Assembly (NCBI GenBank): GCA_963676615.1
Contig: OY781092.1
Span: 1,496,545 to 1,560,544, forward strand
Reading direction: 5' to 3'
DNA from: Candidatus Cloacimonadota bacterium
GTDB taxonomy: Bacteria; Cloacimonadota; Cloacimonadia; G963667145
Length of the DNA: 64,000 nucleotides
The notes below the pieces were generated by a model, which made no database searches, was not told where the DNA came from, and saw only the letters and a program-made list of their open reading frames with translations. This document shows positions 45,801-57,800 of this stretch, in pieces; positions within the stretch are counted from its first letter, which is position 1; each line of letters begins with the position of its first letter. Both the position numbers and the translations under genes were made by a program.

Positions 45801-48800
45801 TGCCGCACGCAAAAGAAGACTCTGTGGACTATTACACCGTTTACCGTTACACGAGTGACGGCTCTGCACCTGGAGAAGCTAGAGTCAGCGGAAACACAAA
45901 ACGGTTTGTCGATTACACAGGGGACGAGTCTCCGTTTAACCAAACAGAAAAAGGTAGAGAGTATAATTATGCGGTTATCGCGTTTATGCAAATCGACCAA
46001 GATACTCTTGCTGGCGCTACGACGAGCAATTTCGAGAAATCACTAAAAGGTCCAGAATCCGACAAATATATGGGCTACTCTATTCCAGATTCTGCCTATT
46101 TTGTCGAAATCAGCAAAGGAACAACCGAAGACTCTATCGTGATTACCTATCACTCGCCGGCTTATGTGGACGAAGTGTCGCTCTATCGCAAAGGCTCGGA
46201 AGAAACTTCTTGGAGCGCCGACGCTTATGCAAGCCTAGATATCGGCATGGCTGTAGAAGAGGGCGTGGCTGTTGACAAAAACATAGAGTATGGCAAAAAA
46301 TACGACTACAAAATTTTGGTGAAAAAAGGCGACAATAGTGTTTGGTCGAAGGTCGATAGCGGCTGGAGTAGATTGCGCAGACCAGACAGCGTGAAAATCT
46401 TGGTTAATGGTCGCTATTCAAATGAAATCAAGTTGCAAATATTTACTAGCAACCAAGACATCAATGTTGACTCTATTATTGTTTACAAAGAAGCCGTTTC
46501 TTCTGGGCAAATAGATACGACTGTTTGGGCTAAGCCAAGCATTGTTCAAGGTTCGTATGTACTAGGAGATACTGTTGATATCCAGCAAGGATTGTTCTAT
46601 CAATACAGTGTCGCCTTCAAGAACGAAATTGGAACTTCTTTGACCAGGAAGGAAAAAACTGGCAAAGCGTTTGCGAAGTTGGACATTCCAGAGTGGAACT
46701 CTATCAGCAGGAACGAGTATGTGGACAAAATAGAGCTAAACTGGAGCATGAACAAAGACGCATACAGAGGATACAGAGTTTGGGTGGATACAGTTAGTGG
46801 CACAAATGGCACAAACCCAGAAAATTATGAGATTCGTTACGAAAACAGTCAAACAAACGATTGCAGTCAGGACACTACTTTCTCTGATGACAGGGTTTAT
46901 GTCCCAGGCAAAATGATTTACTATAAAATTCAGGCAATGGGATATGACACTGTTTCAGAGATGTCAGATTTCGACTTTGGAACTTGCAAATATGAAGGTG
47001 TTAAAAACTTGAGTTTTGATGGACCAAAAGTGGATAGTTTGCGCTTTACTTGGAGCGTGCCGACAACTATCGCTAACCCATCGTTTGTGTTCTACAAGTT
47101 TGACTCTGTGGAGACTGTGGACAGCCTGAACGACAAATACAAAGCAGATATTATGCCATATGGCGCAAACGGCAGTTACTACTTCGTGGAGACTCCTGCA
47201 CAAGAAGACCTTTTGATTGGTAACTTGTATTTCTATCGTTGCATCGTGACGGTGAGCGGAGTCGAGAGCAATCCGAGCAATGTCGCCTTTGGATATTTGG
47301 ATATGCCAGAGGTCGAGGGACTGAGCGCAACCAAAGGTGGAGTGTATGCCGAGGGCAACACTTTGACGCCTTACAAAGACAGCATCGTGCTCACTTGGAG
47401 CAGGATGAATCATGTCGTGAACGACTCTGTCAGCTACTACCAAATCACCAGATTTGCAGGCGACAAAGAGACAGGTCTGTCAATGCAGCTAGACAACGGC
47501 AAAGACACTTCGTTTGTGGACAAAGTGGGCGCAATGAAATTTGGCGAAAAAACAGAAAGAGGACAGTTGTATCGATATGTCATTCAAGCCTATTACGATA
47601 TCAGCGAAGACACAAGCTCTGCAGCCACAGCTCCGCCTTTTGAGACCAAACTCGTTTCTCCAGCGATAGACACCGTGCTTGGATACACCTATCCAGACAG
47701 CGTTAATTTGGTGTCAGCTAGCAAAGGAACTTATGAAGACACTATCCGAGTTAGCTACACCAGCGGCAAACACGCAGACTCTATCGTTATGCAAAGAAAA
47801 GGCTCTAACGGAATTTGGACTCGCATTGGCACTTTGGACGAGATGGAATCGAGGACGAACCCAAGAACTTTTGTGGATAAGAGTGTTGCGCTAAGAGCTG
47901 GCGAGAACTACGATTACAAAGCGACTGTCTATGTGCAAGGGCTAAAGAGAGAGAGCAATATCGTCTCTGGATATACCAGACTTGGCTCGCCAAAGAATTT
48001 GGAATTTGTGCGCACGAGCCAATACAGCTATGTAGCAGGCAAAGAAGACACTTCGGGCATAAATATCCGCTGGAACAAAGAGCCAGACGGAGACGGTTAT
48101 ATCGTTTATTTCGATACCGTAAATCCAGTAAGGTTGGCAGAGGCAGACTCTGTAACGATTACAAGCGATGCGGACACGACTTACTTCTGGACACCGAGCG
48201 AGTTCAAAAACTCACAAGATTCGATCTTGCAATACTATATCGTCGCCAAAACTTATATGAACGACGCCAGCGGCGGCAAGCAATATTCTGAGTTGTCAAA
48301 TGTTGCCGAGGGTGCTGTGGTGAGCAAATCGGTCAGAGGGCTGTCTGCAGCGTATAATCCTGCAGTGGGTGTTGAGCAAATTCAAGTTCAATGGGATAGC
48401 CTGCCCAAAGGCTACGAAACTAGCGAGGTGCAAAGATACGATGTTTATCAAGCAATGAACTCGAAAGTAAACAGTGCGTTTAGTCTGGTAACCTCACAAA
48501 ACTCACGAGTAGCCAAAAAAGTCGGCGTTGACACAAGCTTGACACCAGCAGGCAATGTTTTCTACTACAAAGTAATGGTGCGCTATAACAACGCCAAAGA
48601 CTCTTCGGTCTATTCTGCAATGAGCGAACCTGTCTATCCTCCGCTGGGAGATTTGGGCTTAGAGGTGAGCAAAGACAGCGCACAAATGTTTGTTTACTTC
48701 AACGAAATTGCAAATGTTAATGAGTATCGGATTTACAAAGCTGTGGACACACTGCCAGAGCTACGCAACCCTGTGGCTACGCTTACGGATATTAGCGGCA

Positions 48801-51800
48801 TCGTAACCGACGGCAGAGCCAAATGGACAGATGCAGCAGCTGAAGAAGGTAAGATTTACTATTATGCGATAGAGGTGCGCAAAACATTCCCTGTAGATGA
48901 AGTTGATTTCACCATATCCACAACGACAGGATTCGATTTGAATAGCGCAAAATATGGCTACATCAAGAGCGAGATAACGGTTGTCGACTTCAACTTCTGC
49001 GCAGGCGGCATAGAGATTTCTTGGCCGAGTTCAGAGGCGAACTTCCCAATCGGGCTAAATCCGAGAAACTACACTTTGTCTCGTAGGGAGAAAGGGGCGT
49101 CTTCTTCTGCTAGTGTAGACATAAGCTCGAAGATTGTCAGAACTCAAATCGGCGCAACACAAGACTCGCTGTGCACGGTGCAAGACACTACGGGGCTTTA
49201 TGGAACACCTTTGACAGATGGCAAAGCGTATGAATATGTCTTAAAATCAGAGATTAAGAGCAAGATAGAAGGCAACTCTATGTATATCAAATCTCCAAAG
49301 ATGACGATGAGCTACTTCTACGATTGGAACAGGGACTCTGTGAGCACCAACAGGAACTATGTCGGCTCGCCAGGAACATACGAAGACAGATTGGAGCTGA
49401 AGTTTAGCAAATTCTTGCCAAGCAGACCTAGCCAAGACTACGACACAATCGGCATCACTCCAGACACAGTTAGCTACTACAAAATCACCAGATATCCGCA
49501 AAGTGGCGATATTGAAGAAGGGAGTGAGGCGAATATTACCGTTAGCCAACTGGGCGAAGAAGAGGATGTTGAGACGGGAGAAGTGGTTTATGTCTTCAGC
49601 GACGACGCTACAAGCAGTGTGTTTGGAAATCCTGTGTCAGGAGAGTCTTATAGCTACGCAGTGCAAGCGGTTTTGGACTACACCAAAGGCACAGAGTTTG
49701 AGTCTGCAATCCTCAACAATGCTGACTCTTCGGCATCGTATATAAAGATAGCGGCGATGACTTTGATTAAAGCAGAAGAGTATAAAGAAAACGACAGAAT
49801 AGAAGGTGCGAAGATTGTTTGGGAGGCTACGACAGGAGCAGACGCATATGTGATAAGCCGTGACACTTCAAGCAGCTTTAACTCTCCAGAAGTAGCTACT
49901 GTCAGTGGTGGTGCTCTTCTTCAGGGCGACACGATGTTTATCGACTACAACTTGCCAAAAGTAAATAACACAGGAAACAATAGTCCTCTTGGCAAATTGA
50001 AGATGGGCTACACCTATTACTATAGTGTCCAAAAGCAAATGGGAGATCCAGCTGCTCCAGTTACTAGTGACCGAAGTAACTATAAGAGTTACACACACGG
50101 CATTAAAAATGGCGAGTATATCGTCTCGAACTGGGTAGATTTCAACGACTTGGCAGAGCAATATAACGACGGCGAAATTACGGGAAGCATCACCGTGAAG
50201 CTGCTGAACGACCTTACATTTAGTAGTAACACAGATAGCTTGTTGCCGCTGGGTAACCAGGCTTATCCGTTCCAAGGCACCTTCGATGGGCAAGGACACA
50301 CGATAAACATAGAGGCTATCGAAGACAATCACGCTAATGTTGGTGTGTTCGGCAAGATCAAGGACGCTTCGGTAAGTAATCTTATCGTAAATTATAATGT
50401 TGGCATCGCTGGGGCTGCAGATTACGCAGGTGGTTTGGTTGGACAAATAGAGGGCATCTCCAAAATCAACAATGTGAAGATGAATATAGCTGCAGACTTC
50501 ACAGCCGATATAGCTGTGGGCGGAATGATTGGTGGCGGCGACGGAGCGATTAACGCTAGCGGCGACACAGTGTCGATCAACGGAACGATGAGCGCTGGGG
50601 TTTATGCAGGCGGTTTTGCGGGTAAAGTTGTCGGAACGACCGAAATCGATAGCTGTCAGGTTACCGCTAATAGCGTTTCGGTAACTGGTGGAAGTGAAAG
50701 TTTCGTGGCAGTGGGCGGAATGTTCGGTCAGTTCCATGGCAGAATTGAGAACTCTGCAGTTGAAGTTGCAACCCAGATAGCAGCTGGAGTTAATTCAAAA
50801 AAATGCTACGCTGGTGGATTAGTTGGTTACGAAGAGCAAACAGGAAGCGTTTACAAAACTTCGACTGTCGGCGTTATCTCTAGCGGCGTGTCTGCAGGAA
50901 ATGCGTCATCGACAAGAGCGGCAGCTGGCTATTTTATCGGTTATTCGAGAGCGGCTCTCATCGACGAGATCAACATAACGGCAGTTCTGCCGGTAGCGGC
51001 TGTTGCCAGCGGAGAGGCTTGTGCAGGTGGCTTGGTCGGTAAATTCGAGAATATCGCTGGCTCGATAGATGCAGTTTCGCTAACTTTGGCTGGTGATATT
51101 TCGGCGAACTCCGCTAGCGGAGACGCTTATGCTGGTATGGTCGTCGGTAAAGCCGAAAAAATCTCGCAAAACAGCATCGGCAAAGATGGAGTGACGAGCG
51201 TGTTTAGTGGTGGCAGTAAAAACCTAAAAGCTACAGCGAATAATGGAAACGCCTATTTGGGTGGAGTTGTCGGAAGCATCTCGGCGACCTCGTTCAAAGG
51301 GCTGAAAGTGGAAGATGTGAACTTCCTCACAGAGGGAGCGCAAAAAGCTTATGTGGGCGGTATCGCTGGTAAAGAAGAGCAAGCAGGAAGCGCCTATGAC
51401 AGCGTTGTGGTTGCGGTGACGGTTACATTTGGCGAAAGCTTAAATAACGCCGACACTTTGGTTGTGGGAGCTTTGGCTGGTTCGAGCAAAATGGCGAGCC
51501 TGGCAAGAACGCACATATTGGCGAATATCGAGCTGAATACTGGCTTCTCTGGCAAGAGCGTTATTGCGGGCGGATTGTGTGGCGAGATAGACAACATCGC
51601 GTTTGCTATCCCGAACACCGACTTGACTCTTAACTCGTTTGCGATAAAAGCTGGAGCGAAATCGAAGATTGGCGCTATCGCTGGCAAGGCAAATGTCAGC
51701 AACTTCCTCACAGACGAAAACACACTTGCGGACATTAACTTTACGGAGATGGAAGTTGGAGAAGGCTCGTATGTCGGCGGACTGTATGGCGACTTGTCGC

Positions 51801-54800
51801 TTGTTGGCGGAGCAACGCCGTTTGACTACAAAGCGCCAGTAGAGATAACTCTCACAGCCAATGGTTACAACTCACAAAGAAGCTATGTGGGTGGTTTGAT
51901 CGGTAGATTTGAATCGACACTGTCCAAAAGCTTGGCAGACACCAGCAATGCAGGCGTGAACTTGACGCTCTCTGGCGACGGAATAACTGCGGGCGGTTTG
52001 GTCGGTCTTAGCCAAGATGCTACCCTAACTGGCTGCAGAGTAAAAGCGGCATTAAGCGGCAGCGAAGACGATGTAACCCTCGGCGGAATTATCGGAGAGA
52101 TGAGCGGCAATAGCTACCTTAGAAAATCTTCTGCAAGAGAGGGGGTAACCTTGGTTGATGCACAAAAAGCGGGAAGTTTGGTCGGTAAGATGAATGTGTC
52201 AACTTTGGCTGGCATCAAAAATAGCTTCAGCTACAATATTGCGGCAAACAACATCGACACCCTCGGACTTTTGGTTGGAGAGATGACCAGCGGAAAGATA
52301 GAAGCTTCGTATTCTCTAAATTGCAAGGCTGTAAACGCAACTGTTGTCGGAGACTTTGTCGGTGTGATGAATGGCGGCACGATTGCCAACTCCTATGCCG
52401 CAAAAGCAAATCAAGAAAATGTCTGTGGGAAGTATGTCGCAGGCGATACAGCAGGCGCAGTGACTGCCGAGAACCAAATCTTCTTGTCTGATATTATCTT
52501 GAGCAAAGCGGAGTGGGCGCTGGATAGCACTTTCTCTTATCCTTATTTGGTAGAGAACAAATATGAAGTGAGCACTTTGTATAACGATTTAAAGATGAAT
52601 AAAAATGCACAGAATCAGTATGAGATAACCAAACCTATTCAACTGGACGCTATTGGAGATGTGCGTTTGAAGGGCGGAGATTATACAAAACTCGGCGACT
52701 TGTCCGAAGGGCTTCGCTTAAACAACAACTATATCATCAAGAATAATCTAGACTTTAGTGGATATACAGGTTACACTCCAGTGGGCTATGACGCTACCAA
52801 TCCATTTGTAGGAGATCTAGACGGTAACTTCAAAAATGTGAGAAACATCGAGATAACTGGCACTCAAAATACAGGTATCTTTGGCTACTCTACTGGAAAT
52901 GTGAGCAAGCTGAGAGTTGTAGGCGCTACAGTTGATGCTGTCGACAAATCTGCTGTGGTTTGCGGAGAGATGGCAGGTGGAAGCTTCGACAGAATCGAAC
53001 TAGATAGCTCCACAATCAATATTAACACAGGCTCTGGTGCAGGAGTAGTTGGACTTATCTCTGGCGGCACATTGAGCAATGTTCTGACACGCTTTAACAA
53101 AATCGAGGCGTTGAGCAATGTGGGCGTGATAAGTGGTAAGATGACTGGCGGAAGAGTGCTAAAGGCTGTAAGCGTCGTGGACAGTGCCGGCTCTAGCGTG
53201 GGCAACGCAGGTGGCGTCGCAAGTCAAGCCAGCGGAAACGCCACGATTGACAGCTGCTTTATGGTAACCAAGGTGTTGTCGGGCAAAGAGGTATATAAAG
53301 TTGCAGAAAAAGGCTCCAGCACGACTTTCCGCGGAAACTACTCTGTGGCAGAGACAAAAATGGTGGAAAACGGCAACGACAGATGGTATATGGGGATAGA
53401 CCCGACCAGCGATCAAGGCGGCAATGTGTTCTTTAGCATGTTTAAAGAGTTCTTCGATAGCGATAGCCATGGGTTTAATGCGCCAGACTGGCAATGCGAC
53501 GATTATGCTCGCGTATATCCATTTTTGCTAGATTTTGAAGGCGCTGAAATGCAGCAATTGCCTGTGGATGCGCTAGAAAGCCCCGCAAAAATCGAAAATC
53601 GAGTTATGACGATTAACTCCTTAGAGGGTCTTGCGTTTATCGAAGGTTCTTTGTCTGAAGTGGACACAATAAAATTGGCGGCGAACCTTGAGTTTACCGA
53701 AGACGACGACTTTAGCTTGGGTGAAGGCAACTTTGATCCGATTACAAAATTTGAGGGTATCGAGTTTAATGGACAAGGGCATTACATCAAGGGAATGAAA
53801 ATCAACGCCAATAAAGTAAATATGGGCTTTGTGCAAGTTATGGAAAACAGCACGATCAAAAACTTGGGACTTATCGAATGCGAAGTAATCGGCGGAAGCA
53901 GCACACAATCTCTAGGCGGATTGGCAGGAAAGACAGGACTGGGAACAAACACGATTGTCGATGTGTATGTCGGTTCGGGCAGATTTGTGGCAACTAATGC
54001 GCAAAATGTTGGTGCTCTTTTGGGTCAACTTGGCGCCGGTGGAGATGTCTCGTGGATTATCGCTCTGAACAACACCGTAAAAGCAAAAACAAACGCAGGT
54101 GGATTGATAGGTTATGCTACAGAAGGCAGCGTGAGCAACAGCGTAGTAGCCGCAGACACCCTCTCTGCCACAAATACAAGCAGAGTGGTTAACAGTGCTG
54201 GTGCGACTTTGAGCGACAACTACGGATGGAACGGCAACGAGAAAGGCAATGATCCTGGATTGGCAAACGAAAATGGGGCAACCTTTACATTCTCTGAGCT
54301 TCTGAGGAAAGAGTTCTACAGCAGTAAGTTAGACTTCATCGGCAGAACCGCTTGGAGCTGGGACGACGCAGATATACAAAATTGGCGCTGTATGCCGAAC
54401 TTGAGCCAGATGACTGCTGCAGATTGTGAGCCAGCAGTGGTAAGGTTTACCAAAGGCACCCAAGGGACGGAGTCTATCCCTTATGGAATAGAGAGCTTGA
54501 ACCAGCTAGAGCTTTTGCAAGCGTTCCCGAAAGGTCTGTTCTTTGAACTGAAAGAGAATTTGAACTTCCAAACAGCAGACTACGATGTGGACGACGACGA
54601 AGACAACGGCAACTGGCTGCCGATAACCCAGTTCGAGAGTAATGGTGACTGTTTTGACGGACATCTAGACGGTAACGGCTACTCTATCAAAGGGATGAAG
54701 GTTCACGACCAAAACAATCCTGTTGCTGGTACCTACGGTGTTGGTCTGTTCGGTCAATGTGATCCAGGAGTAGATATCCAGAACTTAAGTCTCTACGATT

Positions 54801-57800
54801 TCGAAGTCAGCGCGAAATATTCATCCTATGCTCGCTGTGCGGCACTTGTGGGGAAAATCTCAACGCTCAGCAGCTCAGAAAAATCTGTCTTCAAAAACAT
54901 TTTGGTAAAAAACAGCACGATAAGATCGACTGGCTCTGCTGCGGCAATTGTTTGCTATGTAGCCACAAATATTGAAATAGACGCAAGCTTGTTGTTCGCC
55001 ATCCAAAACAGCGTATCTTCGAGTAGCGGTAATAGAGCTTCGGGAATAGCGTTCACAGTCAATATAAGTAGCACAAAACCCTATAGCATCTCTAGCAGTA
55101 TCGCGATTAACGACTCTGTCGCTTCGCAATCGGGTGTAGCAAAAAGAATATCTGCTAACCAATATGTCACTTTCTCGAATAACTATGCGTTCCGCAGAAC
55201 ATATGTAGATGGCACTCAGCTACCGACCGAAGGCACTTCTACCGACCAAAACGGCAAGCCGACCTCGCTGCTGGCACTCAATAAGAGCTTCTATCCTACC
55301 AAATTGGGCATAACTTACGATGAGAACTTCAGATGGCCAGATGTCGCAGACCAAAAGAAGGTGTATCACCCAGTGGGCAAAAATGTGCCAAACACGATAG
55401 ACTCGGGATACTTGAACTTAGCGAACTTTGAAATTGATAGCGATCCAAACACATTTAGCGATGGAACAGGAATTAGCGGAGACCCGTATATCGTGAGAAC
55501 GGAGACCGACCTGAACAATATGCGCTATGGTGTGGAGATGGATTATCAGCTCGGCAATAACATCGAAATTACTTCTACCCTCACAGAGCCGATTGGAACG
55601 GCAGCTTTACCGTTCCAAGGCAATTTCGATGGAAATGGCTACGCTATCGATGGATTTAGTTATGATGTTCAAGAAAACGGCGTGTCTGGGCTATTTGGTG
55701 TCATAAAATCAGAAGTGGGTAGCAGCATCAGAAACTTGGCTCTTACGAACTTCACGATGAGCGCTAGTGGTAAAAATAACATCGGTATATTGGCGGGTGT
55801 AGATAGCACAGAGGAGGCAGTAGCGAACACCTACAGCAACATTTTGATTTACAACGGCAAAGTAACAGGCGCCACCAGTGGAGTCGGTGGACTTTTTGGC
55901 GACGCTCCAAGTGCGATTATCGAAAATGTGATTGTCGCTGGTGAAGGTTACTACAGCTCTAACTATGCTGGCGGCATCGTGGGTAAAGACGCAAAAAGCA
56001 TAAAGAATTCGGTCGTTATTGTTGATACGATCAGAGCTACCGCAAGCAACGCTGGCAGGATTACAGGGGAGAAATTAAATATTTGCGAAAATGTTTACAG
56101 CTGGTATTTCACAGAAGCGTGGGAAGGCGGCACGCTGTATGACCCAAGAAATCCAAATACAGGCATATACGGGGACAACGCCTTTGTCACAGACTTTGTC
56201 GATACAACTTGGTGGGAAGATCTCGGCTTCAAGTTTAGCGGAGACAACAGTATGTGGAAGCTGGAGCATATCGACGACCAACAAGTGGTGCCGGCGCTCA
56301 AACATATGACAGACGACACCCTCACTGTGCCGGGACTGAAGCTGGGCATCATTGCAGCTGGGCAAAAGGTCATTACGAAGCCTTCACACTTAAACATATT
56401 GCATGTAGGAATATCTGATTCATTTTTATATTACCCCAATGAATCTATTGATTTAAGAGACTGGGAGGATGATTGGCGATTAGATTTAAATGGGGACGAT
56501 GCAGGTAACTGGAATCCTATTGCTACTTTTAAGGGGAACATAAATTCATATGGGTGCGGCATTATTGGTTTGGATGTGCAAAAAACAGTAGAAGGGAAAC
56601 AAGGATTTATCGCAAAGCTTGAAGGCAATGTGGGTAAAATAGGGATTTACAAATCCACCTTTACAACGACCGAACCTAATGTAACACAAGGCGCGATAGC
56701 CGCAGTTGTCAATTATACAGACGATTTCATAAGAAACTTGTGGTCTGTGGGCAACACCTTTAGCGGTGGAACTACCGTAGGTGGCGTTATAGGCGAAGCG
56801 GAAAATACAAGAACGGGATCTGCCGATAGATTGAGATGGCTATCTGCCAAAAACACAATCAAAGACGGCACCACAATCGGTGGCGTGGTTGGGAAAACTA
56901 ATACAAATCTTTACGGATTGGCGTGTATGGGCAACACCATAGAACCTACAAGCACACCAACTATCAACGCTATCCGAGGAGAAGGTTCAACAAATGTGTC
57001 TCTCTCAGACGCTGGCTTCACCACCATCGGAGGGGCAACTCTGCCAGAAGGAGGTCTAGATACGGACCCAAATGGCCAGGTTTTCCCTGTAGATGATCTT
57101 GATCAAACTGTGTGGCAAGATTTCTTTGATATGTCAAACGCCTCTTCTTTTACAAACCAAGTGGCAGACGGCCGCCACTATCCTACCCTGAAGAATGTCT
57201 CACTGGAGATAGACAACGGCAAGCTCGAATACTTCTCTGGCGGATCAGGAGCCCAAGGCGATCCATACCTAATCGCTACTCCAGCCGACCTGAAAGCTAT
57301 CGGCAAGGAGCAGTTTGTGAGAAAAAGCTATTATTTCGAGCAGACACAAGACATCGATATGAGCGGCGAGGAAGACTTCTGGCCAATCGGGCTTTCTACT
57401 ACAACTAATCCTGACAATCCTGGTAATTTGAGCGTTGGATTTGTGGGGAGCTACAACGGCAATATGTATCAGATCTACGGATTGCACAACTGCGTGGATT
57501 CAAAAAGTGGTCTGGCAAATATAGGTCTATTTGCTAAGGGAGGTGGGAGCTTTAAAATTGAAAATATAGTTTTGGACTCGGCAACATTTGTGGGAACCAG
57601 CTCTAATGTCGGCACAATTATGGGCTATGCTCTCCCTGCAACTATAAAGAACTGCCGCGTAACTAAATCTAGTGTTACCGGCACGAACAATGTTGGCGGG
57701 GTTGTTGGCTTGGGAGAAGGAACGAATGGTAGACTAGAACAATGTTTGGTTATCGGCACGACGATCAATTTGAACGCTAACGGCAACACAAACGCTGCTG

